Source: Elusimicrobiota bacterium
Lineage (GTDB): Bacteria > Elusimicrobiota > Elusimicrobia > F11
Assembly: GCA_044221725.1 (NCBI GenBank)
Contig: JBGAON010000005.1
Location: 224,001 to 288,000 of the forward strand
Reading direction: 5' to 3'
Length of the DNA stretch: 64,000 nucleotides
The notes beneath the pieces are model-generated. The model saw only the letters and a program-made list of their open reading frames with translations. It was not told the DNA's origin and made no database searches. Every line of letters begins with the position of its first letter. Within the stretch, counting starts at the first letter, position 1. The translations under genes were made by a program, and so were the position numbers. Shown one piece after another: positions 27,001-42,000 of this stretch.

Positions 27001-30000
27001 TCGTTCAGCTTCGATAATCCGAATATCTCGGCACTCACCGGCGAAGGCAGCACAAGCTGGAGCGTGCTTGATTCGCGCGGCTCGTATTTCACGAGCGGCC
27101 CCGACATCGGGAAAATAAATCGCGCGGTGGCACCGCGCAGTTACGGCGGAAGTTGGCAGCGCAATTTCGATGGGACATCGGTGCGCAGCGATAGCGTGAC
27201 CGAAAATGATCTTGTCGTATGGGCCGCTTCCGGCCGCGTGACCCCTCGCAGCGTCACGAACACAAGCTGGACAACGGATTGGACAGCCCGTTCGGTTTGG
27301 AGCGTGGCTGGCGTTCCTATCGTGGGACTGGATGCCCAGGGGAATTCCGTGGCGGGATTGGACCGTATTTGGGGCGGCAACAGTTTCGATGATCCGTTTG
27401 AAGGACCGACGGGATGGCAACGCAGCGTGAGCACCTCGTACTTCGCGAACCCCGACAACACGAAGCGTGCGTACAACGAATACGGCCGGCCCACCGACGT
27501 GGCGCCGTGGAGCGTCACGCAGTCGCAGCGGTTCAATTCGCTTGGAATTCCGGGCGTCGACATCAATTACGACGCATCGATTGGCTACGGCACATCGAAC
27601 AGCGCGATTTGGCAAGCCACCGGCGTTCAACGTTCGGACATTCAGGTCACGCAGACCTGGAGTGCTGCCCAAGATTTCAAAGCGTCGTTCACGAATTACA
27701 ATTTCAACAATCCAAACATTTCGAGCTTGACCGGTGAAGGCAGCACGAGTTGGAGCTTGCTCGATTCGCGCGGCTCGTATTACGAGAGCGGTGTCGATAT
27801 CGGAAAAATTAATCGATCGGTTGCCCCGCGCAGCTATGGCGGAAGTTGGCAGCGCAGTTTTGATGGAACGTCGGTGCGCAGCGATAGCGTCACCGACAAC
27901 GATCTCGATGTATGGGCCGCCTCGGGTCGCATTAGTCCGCGCACCGTGACCACGACGAGTTGGACCACCGACTGGACAAGCCATTCGGCCTGGACCATCG
28001 CGGGCGTTCCGGTGATGGGCCTCGACGCGCAGGGAAATTCCGTCGCCGGTCTGGATCAAATTTGGGGCGGCGATAGTTTCGCCACGCCGCACGAGGGCCC
28101 GACCGGATGGCAACGGTCGATCGGTACAACATATTTTGCGAGCAGCGATAACGCGCGACGCGCGTACAATCTTTTTGGTCGCCCAACCGGCGATGCGCCG
28201 TGGAGCATCACGCAGTCGCAACGCTTCAATGCGCTGGGCGTCCCGGGTGTTGATGTGAATTACGATGCATCGATATCCTACGGAACATCGAACAACGTCA
28301 TCTGGCAAGCCACCGGCGTCCAGCGTTCGGACATGCAAATCACGCAAACGTGGAGCTCGGTGGCGGATTTCGTGGATTCGTTCACGAGTTTCAATTTCGA
28401 TAATCCCGCCATCTCTCCGCTCACGGGCGAGGGCAGCACGAGTTGGAGTTTGTTGGATTCCCGGGGATCGTATTTTGAGTCGGGCAGCGAGATCGGCCGG
28501 ATCAACCGCGAAGTGGCGCCACGCAGTTACGGTGGAAGTTGGCAACGCAGCTTCGACGGCACCGCGGTGCGCAGCGACAGCATTACCGAAAACGATTTGT
28601 CGGTGTGGGAAGTATCGGGCCGCGTCACGCCGCGCAGCGTGACCAACACAAGTTGGACCACGGATTGGAAAACGCGTTCGTTCTGGCAAATCGACAATGT
28701 TCCGTTGATGGCGTTTGGTAGCGATGGTCGTACGGTTGTCGGGCTCGACCGTATTTGGGGTGGACAAAGTTTTGATGCTCCGTACGAAGGACCGACCGGA
28801 TGGCAGCGCTCCATCGGCACCACGTATTTCGCGAACGCCAATGATTCCAAGCGCGCGTACAATTTGTACGGACGTCCGACGAACGTGGCACCATGGAGCG
28901 TCACGAAATCCCAGCGGTTCAATTCGCTCGGTGTCCCGGGTGTTGATATCAATTACGATGCATCGATCAGCTACGGCACAAACAACAACGCGATTTGGCA
29001 ACAAACCGGCGTGCAACGTTCCGAACTTCAAACGACAAAAACATGGAGCGCGGCCGCTGATTTTAATGCGTCGTTTACGAATTTCACTTTTGACAATCCG
29101 AATATCTCCGACTTAACCGGCGAAGGCAGCACGAGCTGGAACGTGCTTGATTCACGCGGTTCGTATCTTACGAGCGGTCCCGACATTGGAAAAATTAATC
29201 GTGCGGTCGCACCGCGCAGCTACGGCGGAAGCTGGCAGCGCACGTTTGACGGAACCGCGGTGCGCAGCGATAGCGTGACCGAGAACGATCTTGTTGTGTG
29301 GGCGGCCTCGGGCCGAGTAACGCCACGCGCGATTACGAACACGAGCTGGACCACCGATTCCTCAGCCCGGTCGGCATGGACGATCGCGGGCGTTCCGCTT
29401 GTTGGCCTGGACGCCGACGGAAATTCCGTTGTGGGGCTTGATGCGATCTGGGGTGGCAACAGTTTTGGTAGCCCGTTTGAAGGCCCAACCGGTTGGCAGC
29501 GCAGTATCGGCGTCACGTATTTTGCGAACGCGGACGATTCGAAGCGCTCGTACAACGAGTTCGGTCGCCCCACCGATGTGGCGCCATGGAGCATCACGAA
29601 ATCCCAGCGGTTCAATTCGCTGGGTGTCCCGGGTGTTGATATCAATTACGATGCATCGATTAGTTATGGCACAAACAACAACGCAATCTGGGTCGCCACC
29701 GGCGTGCAACGGTCGGACATGCAAATCACTCAGACATGGACCGCGGCGGCTGATTTCAACGCATCGTTCAACAATTTCAGTTTTGACAATCCGAATATTT
29801 CGGATTTGACCGGTGAAGGCAGCACGAGTTGGAGCTTGCTCGATTCGCGCGGGTCCTACTTCGAATCGGGCAGCGAGATTGGAAAAATTAATCGTGCGGT
29901 CGCACCGCGTAGCTACGGCGGAAGCTGGCAGCGCAATTTCGATGGAACCGCTGTTCGCAGCGATAGCGTGACCGAGAACGATGCGGTGGTGTGGGCGGCC

Positions 30001-33000
30001 TCGGGTCGCGTGACGCCGCGTTCCATCACAAACACGAGTTGGACGTCCGACATCGCAACACGTTCCACGTGGGAAATTCCGGGCGTCTCCATTGCAGCGT
30101 TCGGTGCGGATCGAAATGTTGTGGCCGGCCTCGACCGCGTTTGGGGCAGTAACAATTTTGAAGACCCGTTCAGCGGCCCAACGGGATGGCAGCGCTCCAT
30201 CGGCACAACGTATTTCGCAAATTCGGACAATTCGAAACGCGCCTACAACCAGTTCGGTCGACCGACCGATATTGCGCCGTGGAGCGTTACAAAATCGCAG
30301 CGCTACAACGCGCTCGGGATTCCGGGTGTCGATATTAACTACGACGCTTCCATTAGCTACGGCACATCGAACAGCGCCATCTGGCAAGCGACCGGTGTTC
30401 AGCGATCGGAAATCCAAGTGACACAAACGTGGAGCGCTGTTCAGAATTTTGTGAATTCGTTCACGAATTATTCATTCGACAATCCGAATATTTCGGATTT
30501 GACCGGCGAAGGCAGCGCGAGCTGGAGTTTGCTCGATTCGCGCGGATCGTATTTCACGACCGGGGCCGACATTGGCAAAATCAATCGCGCCGTTGCGCCT
30601 CGCAGCTACGGCGGAAGTTGGCAACACAATTTCGACGGGACAGCGGTGCGCAGCGATAGCGTGACGGAAAACGATCTCGTCGTGTGGGCCGCGTCGGGCC
30701 GGGTTGTGCCGCGCAGCGTAACGAACACGAGTTGGACCACCGACTGGGTCAGTCGTTCGGCTTGGACGATCGCTGGCGTTTCGATCGTTGGTTTGAACGC
30801 CGAAGGAAATTCCGTGGCCCGTTTGGATTCCATTTGGGGCGGCAACAGTTTTGCTGCTCCTTACGAAGGCCCGACCGGATGGCAGCGCAGCGTCGGCACC
30901 ACGTACTTTGCGAACAGCGACAATTCCAAACGCTCGTACAACAATTACGGGCGTCCGACCGACGTGGCGCCATGGAGTATTTCGAAATCGCAGCGGTTCA
31001 ATTCGCTCGGTATTCCGGGTGTTGATATTAATTACGACGCCTCCATCTCGTACACGACGTCGAACAATTCGATTTGGAAAGCGACCGGCGTGCAACGCTC
31101 GGACATTCAGCTCACGAAAACATGGAGCGCCACCGCCGGATTTGATGCATCGTTCACCAATTTCAGTTTCGATAACCCGAACATTTCGGACTTGACCGGC
31201 GAAGGTAGCACGAGTTGGAGCTTGCTTGACTCGCGCGGTTCCTACTATGAGTCAGGCCCGGACATCGGAAAGATTAATCGGGCCGTGGTCCCGCGCACTT
31301 ACGGTGGAAGTTGGCAGCGCAATTTTGATGGAACCTCGGTGCGCAGCGATAGCGTGACCGAGAACGACCTGGTCGTTTGGGCAACGTCGGGACGCGTCGT
31401 GCCGCGCAGCGTCACCAATACCAGTTGGACAACGAATTGGACGAACCGATCGGCTTGGGCGATTGCCGGGGTTCCCATTATTGGTCTCGACGCCAACGGA
31501 AATTCTGTGGCGGGTCTCGATCGTGTTTGGGGTGGAAACAGTTTTGAGACGCCCTACGAAGGACCGACCGGATGGCAACGGACCATCGGCACCACGTACT
31601 TTGCAAACTCTGACAACACGATGCGCGCGTACAACGAGTACGGTCGTCCGACAACCGTGGCGCCTTGGAGCGTGTCCAAGTCGCAGCGTTTCAATTCGCT
31701 TGGCGTTCCGGGCGTGGACATCAACTACGACGCATCGATTTCGTACGGAACGTCGAACGCGATTATTTGGAATCGCACCGGTGTGCAGCGCTCCGAAATT
31801 CAAGTCACGCAAAGTTGGAGCGCTACCACCGCATTCGATGCGTCGTTCCGGAATTACAGTTTCGACCACCCGAACATTTCGGATTTGACCGGCGAAGGCA
31901 GCACGAGCTGGAGTTTGCTTGATTCGCGTGGCTCCTATTTTGAAAACGGTGGGGACATCGGGAAAATAAATCGTGCGGTGGCGCCACGGACGTACGGCGG
32001 AAGCTGGCAGCACAATTTCGACGGAACAGCGGTGCGCAGCGATAGCGTGACGGAAAACGATCTCGTGGTGTGGGCCGCCTCGGGCCGGGTTGTGCCGCGC
32101 AGTGTTACGAACACGAGTTGGACCACGGATTGGACGAGCCGTTCCGTGTGGAACACCGGCGGTGTGCCGCTCATTGCGTTTGATGCCGAAGGGAACGCTG
32201 TCGAAAATCTCAATGTGATTTGGGGTGGCCATTCGTTTGACTCTCCCTACGAAGGACCAACCGGTTGGCAGCGCTCGATCGGCACGACGTACTTCGCGAA
32301 CAGCGACAACACGAAGCGCTCGTACAACAATTACGGACGCCCGACCGACGTGGCGCCATGGAGCGTGTCGAAATCTCAACGGTTCAACGCGCTTGGCGTT
32401 CCGGGCGTCGACGTAAATTACGATGCGTCGATCAGCTACGGCACATCAAACAATGCGATCTGGCAAGCGACCGGCGTGCAGCGTTCGGATCTTCAAGTGA
32501 CGCGATCGTGGAGTGCCACCGCGGATTTCTTTGCGTCGTTCACGGCGTTCGGTTTCGATAATCCGAATATTTCTGCGTTGACCGGCGAAGGCAGTGCGAG
32601 TTGGACCATTTTGGATTCGCGCGGTTCGTATTTCTCGAGCGGTCCGGACATCGGAAAAATAAACCGAGCAATTGCTCCGCGCACGTACGGCGGAAGTTGG
32701 CAGCATAACTTCGACGGGACCGCCGTGCGCAGCGACAGTGTTACACAAAACGATTTGACGGTTTGGGCCGCGTCGGGACGGATTGTGCCGCGCAGCGTAA
32801 CGAACACAAGCTGGACCACGGACTGGACCAGCCGTTCCACGTGGCAAATCAACAACGTGCCAATCATTGGGTTGGATAGCGAAGGCCATTCGGTCGCCGG
32901 ATTGGACCGAATTTGGGGCGGCCACAGTTTTGATAATCCGTACGTTGGACCGACCGGCTGGCAACGCAGTATTGGCACAACGTATTTTGCAAACAGCGAC

Positions 33001-36000
33001 AATTCCAAACGTTCGTACAACAATTACGGACGGCCGACCGACATCGCGCCGTGGAGCGTGTCGAAATCGCAGCGCTTTAATTCGCTAGGCATCACGGGCG
33101 TCGACATCAATTACGATGCGTCTATTAGTTACGGCACGTCGAACAATCTTATTTGGTACGCGACCGGCGTGCAGCGTTCAGAATTGCAAGTGACCCAAAC
33201 GTGGAGTGCCGCTGCAGGATTCGATGCGTCGTTCGCGAGTTACAGCTTCGACAATCCGAATATTTCCGATTTGACCGGCGAAGGCAGCACCAGCTGGAGC
33301 ATTTTGGATTCGCGCGGATCGTATTTTGATTCGGGCGCGGACATCGGGAAAATTAATCGCGCGGTAGCGCCGCGGAGTTATGGCGGCAGCTGGCAGCGCA
33401 CGTTTGACGGCACCGCCGTGCGCAGCGATAGCGTGACCGAGAACGATCTGTCCGTGTGGGCGGCATCGGGCCGTGTGGTGCCGCGCAGTGTGACGAACAC
33501 AAGCTGGACGACGGACTGGACCAGCCGTTCAAATTGGACCATCGCCGGCGTTCCTATTATTGGTCTGGACGCACAGGGAAATTCGGTGGTCGGTTTGAAT
33601 CGGATCTGGGGCGGACAAAGTTTTGACAATCCATTCGAAGGACCGACCGGTTGGCAGCGCAGTGTTGGTACAACCTATTTCGCGAATCGAGACGATTCGA
33701 AACGTGCGTACAACCTGTACGGTCGTCCCACGGATTTTGCTCCGTGGAGCGTTACGCAATCGCAACGATTCAATTCGCTTGGAATTCCGGGCGTCGATAT
33801 CAATTATGACGCCTCCATGAGTTACGGTGTATCAAACAATGCGATCTGGCAGGCGACCGGTGTGCAGCGTTCGGATATTCAGGTGACGCAAACCTGGAGC
33901 GCCGTTGCGGGTTTTGATGCATCGTTCCGGAATTACAATTTCGACAATCCGAATATTTCGGAATTGACCGGCGAAGGAAGCACGAGCTGGAGTTTGCTCG
34001 ATTCGCGCGGTTCGTATTTTGATTCGGGCGCGGACATTGGGAAAATTAATCGCGCGGTAGCGCCGCGGAGTTATGGCGGTAGCTGGCAGCGCACGTTTGA
34101 TGGCACCGCCGTGCGCAGCGATAGCGTGACCGAGAACGATCTATCGGTGTGGGCCGCATCGGGCCGCGTCGTGCCGCGCAGTGTGACGAACACAAGCTGG
34201 ACGACCGACTGGGCCAGCCGCTCGACTTGGAATATTGCTGGCGTTTCGATTGTCGGGCTTGATGCGCAAGGAAATTTGGTCGCGGGACTCGATCAAATTT
34301 GGGGCGGACAAAGTTTCGACGATCCGTACGAAGGCGCGACCGGATGGCAGCGCAGTATCGGAACCACGTTCTTTGCGAACGCCGACAACTCAAAACGCTC
34401 GTACAACTTGTATGGCCGCCCAACCGACGTCGCTCCGTGGAGCGTCACAAAATCGCAGCGGTTCAACGCGCTCGGTGTTCCAGGGGTGGATGTTAACTAC
34501 GACGCATCGATCAGTTACGGCACCAACAACAACGCCATATGGAAAGCGGTCGGCGTGCAGCGTTCCGATCTTCAAGTGACGCAATCGTGGAGCGCCACGG
34601 CGGATTTCGCGAATTCGTTTACGAATTTCAGTTTTGATAATCCGAATATTTCTGCGTTGACCGGCGAAGGTAGCACGAGTTGGAGTGTGCTTGATTCGCG
34701 TGGTTCATACTTTACGAGCGGTGTCGACATCGGAAAGATAAATCGCTCCGATGTGCCGAAGAGTTACGGCGGTAGCTGGCAGCGCACGTTCGACGGAACG
34801 GCCGTGCGCAGCGACAGCGTGACCGAGAACGATCTGTCGGTGTGGGCCGCATCGGGCCGGGTTGTGCCGCGCAGTGTCACGAACACAAGCTGGACGACCG
34901 ACTGGACAACGCGTTCGGTTTGGACAATTTCTGGAGTTCCTATTGTCGGTCTCGATGCCAACGGGAATTCCGTGGCGGGTCTGGATCGTATCTGGGGCGG
35001 AAACAGTTTCGAAAATCCATTCTCGGGCCCGACCGGATGGCAGCGGTCCTTTAGCAGTACGTATTTCGCGAACACGAACGATTCGAAACGCGCGTACAAC
35101 CTGTACGGCCGTCCAACGGATGTTGCTCCTTGGAGCGTCACCAAATCGCAGCGGTTCAACGCGCTCGGTGTTCCGGGCGTGGATATAAACTACGACGCGT
35201 CGATCAGCTACGGCACGAACAACAACGCGATTTGGAAAGCCACGGGCGTTCAGCGTTCCGACATTCAAGTGACACAAACGTGGAGCGCTGTTGCTGGATT
35301 CTCCGATTCGTTCTCGGTTTACAATTTCGACAATCCGAATATTTCGGACCTGACCGGGGAAGGCAGCACAAGCTGGAGCTTGCTCGATTCGCGCGGTTCC
35401 TATTACGAGTCCGGACGCGATATTGGAAAAATCAATCGGTCGAATATGCCGCGGAGTTACGGAGGCAGCTGGCAGCGCACCTACGATGGAACCGCAACGC
35501 GCAGCGACAGTGTGACCGATAACGATATCGACGTTTGGGCCGCGTCCGGAAGAATTGTGCCGCGCAGCGTGACGAACACGAGTTGGACCTCGGATTGGTC
35601 GTCGCGGTCCACGTGGCAAATTGCCGGATTTCCGATTGTCGGTTTGGATGCGGAAGGAAATGCCGTCGCGGGTCTGGATCGCATCTGGGGTAGCGACAGT
35701 TTCAATTCTCCATTCGAGGGGCCGACCGGATGGCAACGTTCGATCGGCACGACGTACTTTGCGAGCGGCGACAATTCGAAGCGCGCGTACAATTTGTATG
35801 GCCGCCCGGGCGATTTTGCTCCGTGGAGCGTTTCGATGTCGCAACGGTTCAATTCGTTGGGCGTGCCGGGAGTGGACGCAAATTACGACGCGTCGATCAC
35901 CTACGGCACAAACAGCAATGCGATCTGGAAAGCAACGGGGTCTCAACGGTCCGATCTGCAAATCACGAAAGGATGGAGCGCGGTGCCCGACTTCAGTGGT

Positions 36001-39000
36001 TCGTTCACAAGTTACAGTTTTGATAATCCGAACGTCTCGGTGTTAACCGGCGAAGCCACAACGAGCTGGAGCTTGCTCGATTCGCGCGGTTCGTATTATG
36101 AAAGCGGCGCCGACATTGGAAAAATAAATCGATCCGTTGCGCCCCGCACGTACGGAGGAAGTTGGCAACGGTCGTTCGATGGAACCGCAACGCGCAGCGA
36201 CAGCGTGACCGAAAACGATTTGTCGGTATGGGCCGCGTCCGGACGCGTGGTTCCGCGCGAGGTGACGAACACCAGCTGGACGACCGACGTGACGTCGCAT
36301 TCGCAGTGGAATGTCTCCGGCGTGCCCATTGGTGGATACGACGCCGATGGAAATGCGGTGCTTGGTTTGGACCGGATCTGGGGCGGAAACAGCTTTGATG
36401 CTCCGTACGTTGGTCCGACGGGCTGGCAGCGTTCCATTAGCACGACGTATTTCGCGAACAGCAACGATGCGAAACGCGCGTACAACTTGTACGGGCGACC
36501 AAACGATGTGGCGCCGTGGAGCATTTCGCAATCGCAGCGCTTCAACGCGCTCGGTGTGCCCGGCGTCGACATGAACTACGACGCGTCCATCAGTTACAGT
36601 ACCAACAACAATGCGATTTGGCAGGCGACCGGCGCGCAACGTTCGGATGAACAGGTGACGCAGTCGTGGAGCGCCACGGCCGATTTCGCCGGTTCGTTCG
36701 CGAGTTTCAGTTTTGATCATCCGAACATTTCTGATTTAACCGGGGAAGGAAGCACGAGCTGGAGTTTGCTTGATTCGCGGGGTTCGTATTTCACGAGCGG
36801 CCCGGACATCGGAAAAATTAATCGGGCCGTTGCGCCACGCAGCTACGGTGGAAGTTGGCAGCGCACGTTCGACGGAACCGCGACGCGCAGCGACAACGTG
36901 ACCGTGAACGATCTCGATGTGTGGTCCACCTCCGGCCGCGTGGTGCCACGCAGTATCACGAACACAAGTTGGACAACCGACTGGACAAGCCGATCGGTTT
37001 GGAATATTCCAGGCGTTTCCATTGGCGGACTTGATGCGCAGGGAAATCCTGTCGCCGGACTCGACCGTATTTGGGGCGGGAACAGCTTCGCTTCGCCTTT
37101 TGAAGGGCCCACCGGATGGCAGCGCAACATGAGCACAACGTATTTCGCGAATTCGAATAACTCCATTCGCTCGTACAACTTGTACGGGCGTCCAACGAAC
37201 GTGGCACCCTGGACTGTTTCGCAATCGCAACGATTCAATTCGCTCGGTGTTCCGGGTGTCGATGTAAATTATGACGCGTCCATTACTTACAACACAAACA
37301 ACAGCGCGATCTGGCTTGCGACCGGTGTGCAGCGTTCGGATATTCAGGTCACCGAAGGTTGGAGCGCGGTGGCCGACTTCGCGACGTCGTTCTCGCGCTA
37401 CAGTTTCGACAATCCAAACATTTCGGAGTTGACCGGCGAAGCGAGCACGAGTTGGAGCTTGCTCGATTCGCGCGGTTCGTATTTTGAATCGGGCCCTGAC
37501 ATTGGAAAAATAAATCGCGCGAACGTGCCGAAGAGTTACGGTGGGAGCTGGCAACGCAGCTTCGACGGTACGGCTGTGCGTAGCGACACCGTCACACGAA
37601 ATGATTTGTTTGTGTGGGCGGCGTCGGGCCGAGTGATTCCGCTGAGCGTCGAGAGCACAAGCTGGACCACCGACGCGACAAGCCGGTCGCAGTGGCAAAT
37701 TCCGGGCACACCGATTATGGGGCTGAACGCCGACGGGCAATTGGTGGGCGGTTTGGACCGAATTTGGGGCGGGAACAGTTTTGAGGCTCCGTTTGAAGGT
37801 CCCACCGGGTGGCAGCGTTCCATCAGCACGACGTATTTCGCCAACAGCGACAACACGAAGCGCGCGTACAATCAATACGGTCGGCCGACCGGACAGGCGC
37901 CGTGGAGCGTCACGAAGTCGCAGCGCTTCAACGCGCTCGGAATCCCTGGTGTGGATCTCAATTATGATGCGTCGATCAGCTACGGCACCAACAACAACGC
38001 GATTTGGCAAGCAACGGGAGCGCAACGCTCCGATGAGCAATTGACGAAAACATGGAGCGCCGCTGCTGAATTTGATGCGTCGTTCTCAGCGTACAGTTTC
38101 GATAATCCGAACGTTTCCGAGTTAACCGGCGAGGCGAGCACGAGCTGGAGTTTGCTTGATTCGCGCGGTTCCTATTTCACGAGCGGGCCCGACATCGGAA
38201 AAATTAATCGCGCTGTTGTGCCGCGCACCTATGGCGGCAGCTGGCAACGTAATTTCGACGGCACAGCGACGCGCAGCGATAGCGTCACCGTGAACGACCG
38301 CGACGTGTGGGGAACATCCGGTCGCGTGGTGCCGCGCAGCATTTCGAACACAAGCTGGACGACCGACTGGACTTCTCGTTCGAGCTGGAACCTTGCGGGC
38401 GTTCCTGTTGTGGGACTCGACGCCGAAGGAAATCTCGTTGCCGGCCTCGATCGCATTTGGGGCGGCTTTGATTACAACAGTCCGTTCGAAGGACCGACCG
38501 GGTGGCAGCGCAGCAAAGCGACCACGTATTTCGCGAGCGACGACAATTCGCGTCGCGCATACAATCTTTACGGACGGCCCACCGCGAACGCCCCGTGGAC
38601 AATTACGAACGGCCAGCAATACAACAGTCTTTCGTCGCCGGCGCTCGATGATGCGTATTCCGCGTTCCAAAGTTACACGACGTACAACGACACGATTTGG
38701 TCGGGCGTTGGAGTGCAACGAACGAAACAACAAATCACGTTGGGTTACAGCACGAACCGCGTCGGCGATGGATCGTTCGCCGATCCGTACGCGTCGACAG
38801 CGACCGGTGCGCGTTCCACGAACTGGAACGTGACCGATTACAGTGGCAGTTATTACACGACCGGCGCCGACATTGGAAAAATCATTCGCACGGTTGACGC
38901 GACGCCGAAATCGTACGGCGGAAGTTTTAGCGACGACGGTTTCTTAAACGTGACGCGCGCCGACACGTGGACCACGAACAACGCGGACATTTGGATGGCG

Positions 39001-42000
39001 TCGGGCCGTGTGGCGCCTTTGCAATCGGGCTTCACGAGTTGGACCAGCACGCGCACGAAAGGAACCTGGGATGCACGCGCGCACGTGGGCGCGAGCGTGA
39101 CGGCGCTGGACGCGTCCGGTCGTGCGCTCGACTTCAGTGTGATCAACGTTCTCGGTGACCACACCTTTGATGATCCGGCGAAACGCGTGACCGGAGCGTG
39201 GAACAAAACCAAAGGCACGACCTATTTTGATGTGAGCTACAACAATTACGGGCGGCCCGTCGGTGTGGCGCCGCGCTCGGTGACCGAATCACTGGATTAT
39301 TCGCCGGTGGCACCGTCCGTGGCAGGCGACATTCCCAACGCGTACACGGCGTCCATCACCTACGCCAGCAACAACGATGCGATTTGGGACGCCATTGGTG
39401 TCCAGCGCCCGCTCGTTCAGGCGCGTTACGGCTTTAACTCGAACGCGAACTGGGGCGGCAGTTTCGACGCGCCGACGAACGGCCTGCTCGGCACGAGCCG
39501 CAGTTGGAACGCCGTTTATTATAAGGACAGCTTCTTCACCGATCCGTCGGACATGACAACCATCGGTCGCGTGCGTCGCGGCGATGAAAAATATTTACCG
39601 ATATCGAAAGGCGGGTTCGAATCGTTCGACAATTTGATCACGTACTCGGCCGGAACCACCGAGACGACATTCAATCTCGACTATTGGAACCTCACCGGAA
39701 ATCTTCTGAACGCGTCTGTGCGCACGCGGACGTGGTCGTCGAGCGACGGACAAGCGAGCTGGGATGTGAACGCCGCGTTTGGTGCGAACTTGGTCGTGCA
39801 CGACGCCGGCAACAACGCCATTGATCTGGCGAGCCGCCCCGTGTACGGTCCGGGCAGTGTTGATGCGCCGCTTAAATTAATTGATGAGAGCAGTTTCCGT
39901 TCCCAGCTGGACACGGACTACAGCCGTTCGTTCTCGCTCGCGCTCGGAACTCTCGGGCGTCCGACGAACACGGCGCCGACGTCCACCGGTTGGCAGTGGT
40001 CCGACAACGGAACGGGTGCCGGTATCAGCAAAGCGATTCTCAGCCAAACCTACAACGATGAGATCTGGGGCCGTTTGCAAGAACAGCGCTTGGCCGACAC
40101 CACGCAAATATCGTTCTCGTCCGATGACAAATTGGTCAGCGGTCGTCCGGGAATTGATAGCGAATACGGTTCCGGATCGATCAACAATCCCATCGCGCAA
40201 GCGAACGACACGTCGTTCCGCGGCTACAACCACACGAGCTACAACAATTCTTGGAATCTCGCGAACGGTCAGCCGAACCCGGCCGTGCCTCCAACAACCG
40301 ACGGGTGGACACTGAATTTCGACGGGTTCCGGTACCAGAAAACGATCACAAACGTCACCAACCAAGCAGCGGTGTGGGGTTTTGACGCGCGCGCGGTATT
40401 CGAAAAATCCATCAGTCAGACATTTGATTCCGATGACACGGTCATCAGCAACAATCCGGAGCATCCGGATTTTGGAGGCGGAACGTACGCGACGCCGGTG
40501 CTCCGGGATGATCATCTGTTCAATCGCAGCCAAACAATTACAACGGCCGAAGGGTCGTTCGATCCGTACGGCATGCCGACCACGAAGGCGCCCATTTCGG
40601 TTGTCACCACCGACGCCGGCGAAATGTTCAAGACCCGCGATTTCGCGAACCAAGCGGACTTCAACCAAGCCGTGCAAGCCGTGAGCGCCCGCGTCGGACA
40701 GTTCTTCGATCTGTTGCCGTACACGCTCACGCAGCAACGTATGCTCGGAATTTTGCGCGACGATTTGAGCACGCCGTATTGGAACCCGAGCCTTGAAGAA
40801 GCGGCGAGCATAAAAGCATCGGTGATAACGGCGCTCAATGGTTGGGCCGCCAGTCACAACGCAAGCACGTCGTCGTACGATGATTTTTATGACTTTGTGG
40901 TCGGCGTGCTTGAAACGAGCGTGCCGCACTTGAGCGATCTCAAAAACGCGGACAATATGGATTTCGTGCAGCAACTTTACGACGACTTGTACCGTGGACA
41001 AGAATCCGGTCCGACGACGCGGTTCGTTGATGCGTTGCGCAGATTGCCATCCGACCCGGCGATTGCGAGCGAACTGAATTCCATTTTGAATTCGGGCGGC
41101 ACCTTTGTTCAGATCGCCTCGAAAGTAACGTCGCTCATGGCGAAAGCAAAAGACAAAGCGGTGGTGAACGCGCTCAGCACCCTGCTTTATAATTTCTCAG
41201 ACAAGAGTTCGCTAAAAAACACCTTCGCGTGGCGAAGTCTGCAGGACACGCAAATCGAGCAACGGTTCTCCGCGCAAGCGTGGCACAATACGGGCCAACA
41301 GCGCATCGAATATCGAAAGACCGACACGAAAGGCCAAGCGTTTGACGGAACCAAGTACGAAAGTTTCGTCGAAGTAAATTACACGCTGGACCCGAAGAGT
41401 GGCCTGACCGCGAACGCGAGCGGTCGCGGCTGGACAACAAACACCGATCCGGCCGGCAATTCCCAAAAAACGTCGTTCGAACAAACGTATGTGATTCGCT
41501 TGCACGAAGCACGGCTCGAACGGCAAACCTCGACCGCGTTTGAGTCGTTCTTCAACGACGGATCAAGCACGAAATTGATTGGCCAAAATTACACCGAATA
41601 TGAGTACGACGCCGTTGGCCGGCTCACGGGGGCGCACGGCGAAAGCGGAACGCGCTCGGACGATGGGTTTGGAAATGTCACCGAAACGCAAACGTCGCTT
41701 TTCTACACGATCATCAAAGGAGCCGCGAAACTCGATCACAGTTTAAGCACCTCCATCAGCGCGACCACCGACGGAAATTACACGGTGCCGGTGGGCGGCC
41801 CCGCGCGCACGAATTACCATTACGACACGGCCGGAAACTTGTTGAGCGCCGATTCCACAAACAACGTGTCTCAAACCGTCGATTCGTTTGGCAATCGGCA
41901 AGACCGCAGCGTGTCGATCGAATTCCGATTGTTTGTTGGACAGGTGCGCGCCGCGCGCGTGTTCAGTTCGGTTGACGCGTTCAATATCGACGGATCCATC

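Noticed and set aside
26191..29031. 946-aa minus-strand ORF and many other long antisense or alternate-frame ORFs over the giant gene (e.g. 19522-21483, 34705-35961, 36736-38040)
   Set aside because: These are shadow ORFs caused by the sense gene's codon bias and repeats. They are Arg/Val-rich with no recognisable motifs.
26017..38490. Tandem array read as CRISPR, a DGR template/variable pair or an assembly artefact
   Set aside because: The units are 693 bp, in frame and spacer-free. Differences are mostly third-position rather than adenine-specific, and no cas or reverse transcriptase gene is present. The copies are too diverged to be artefactual duplicates.
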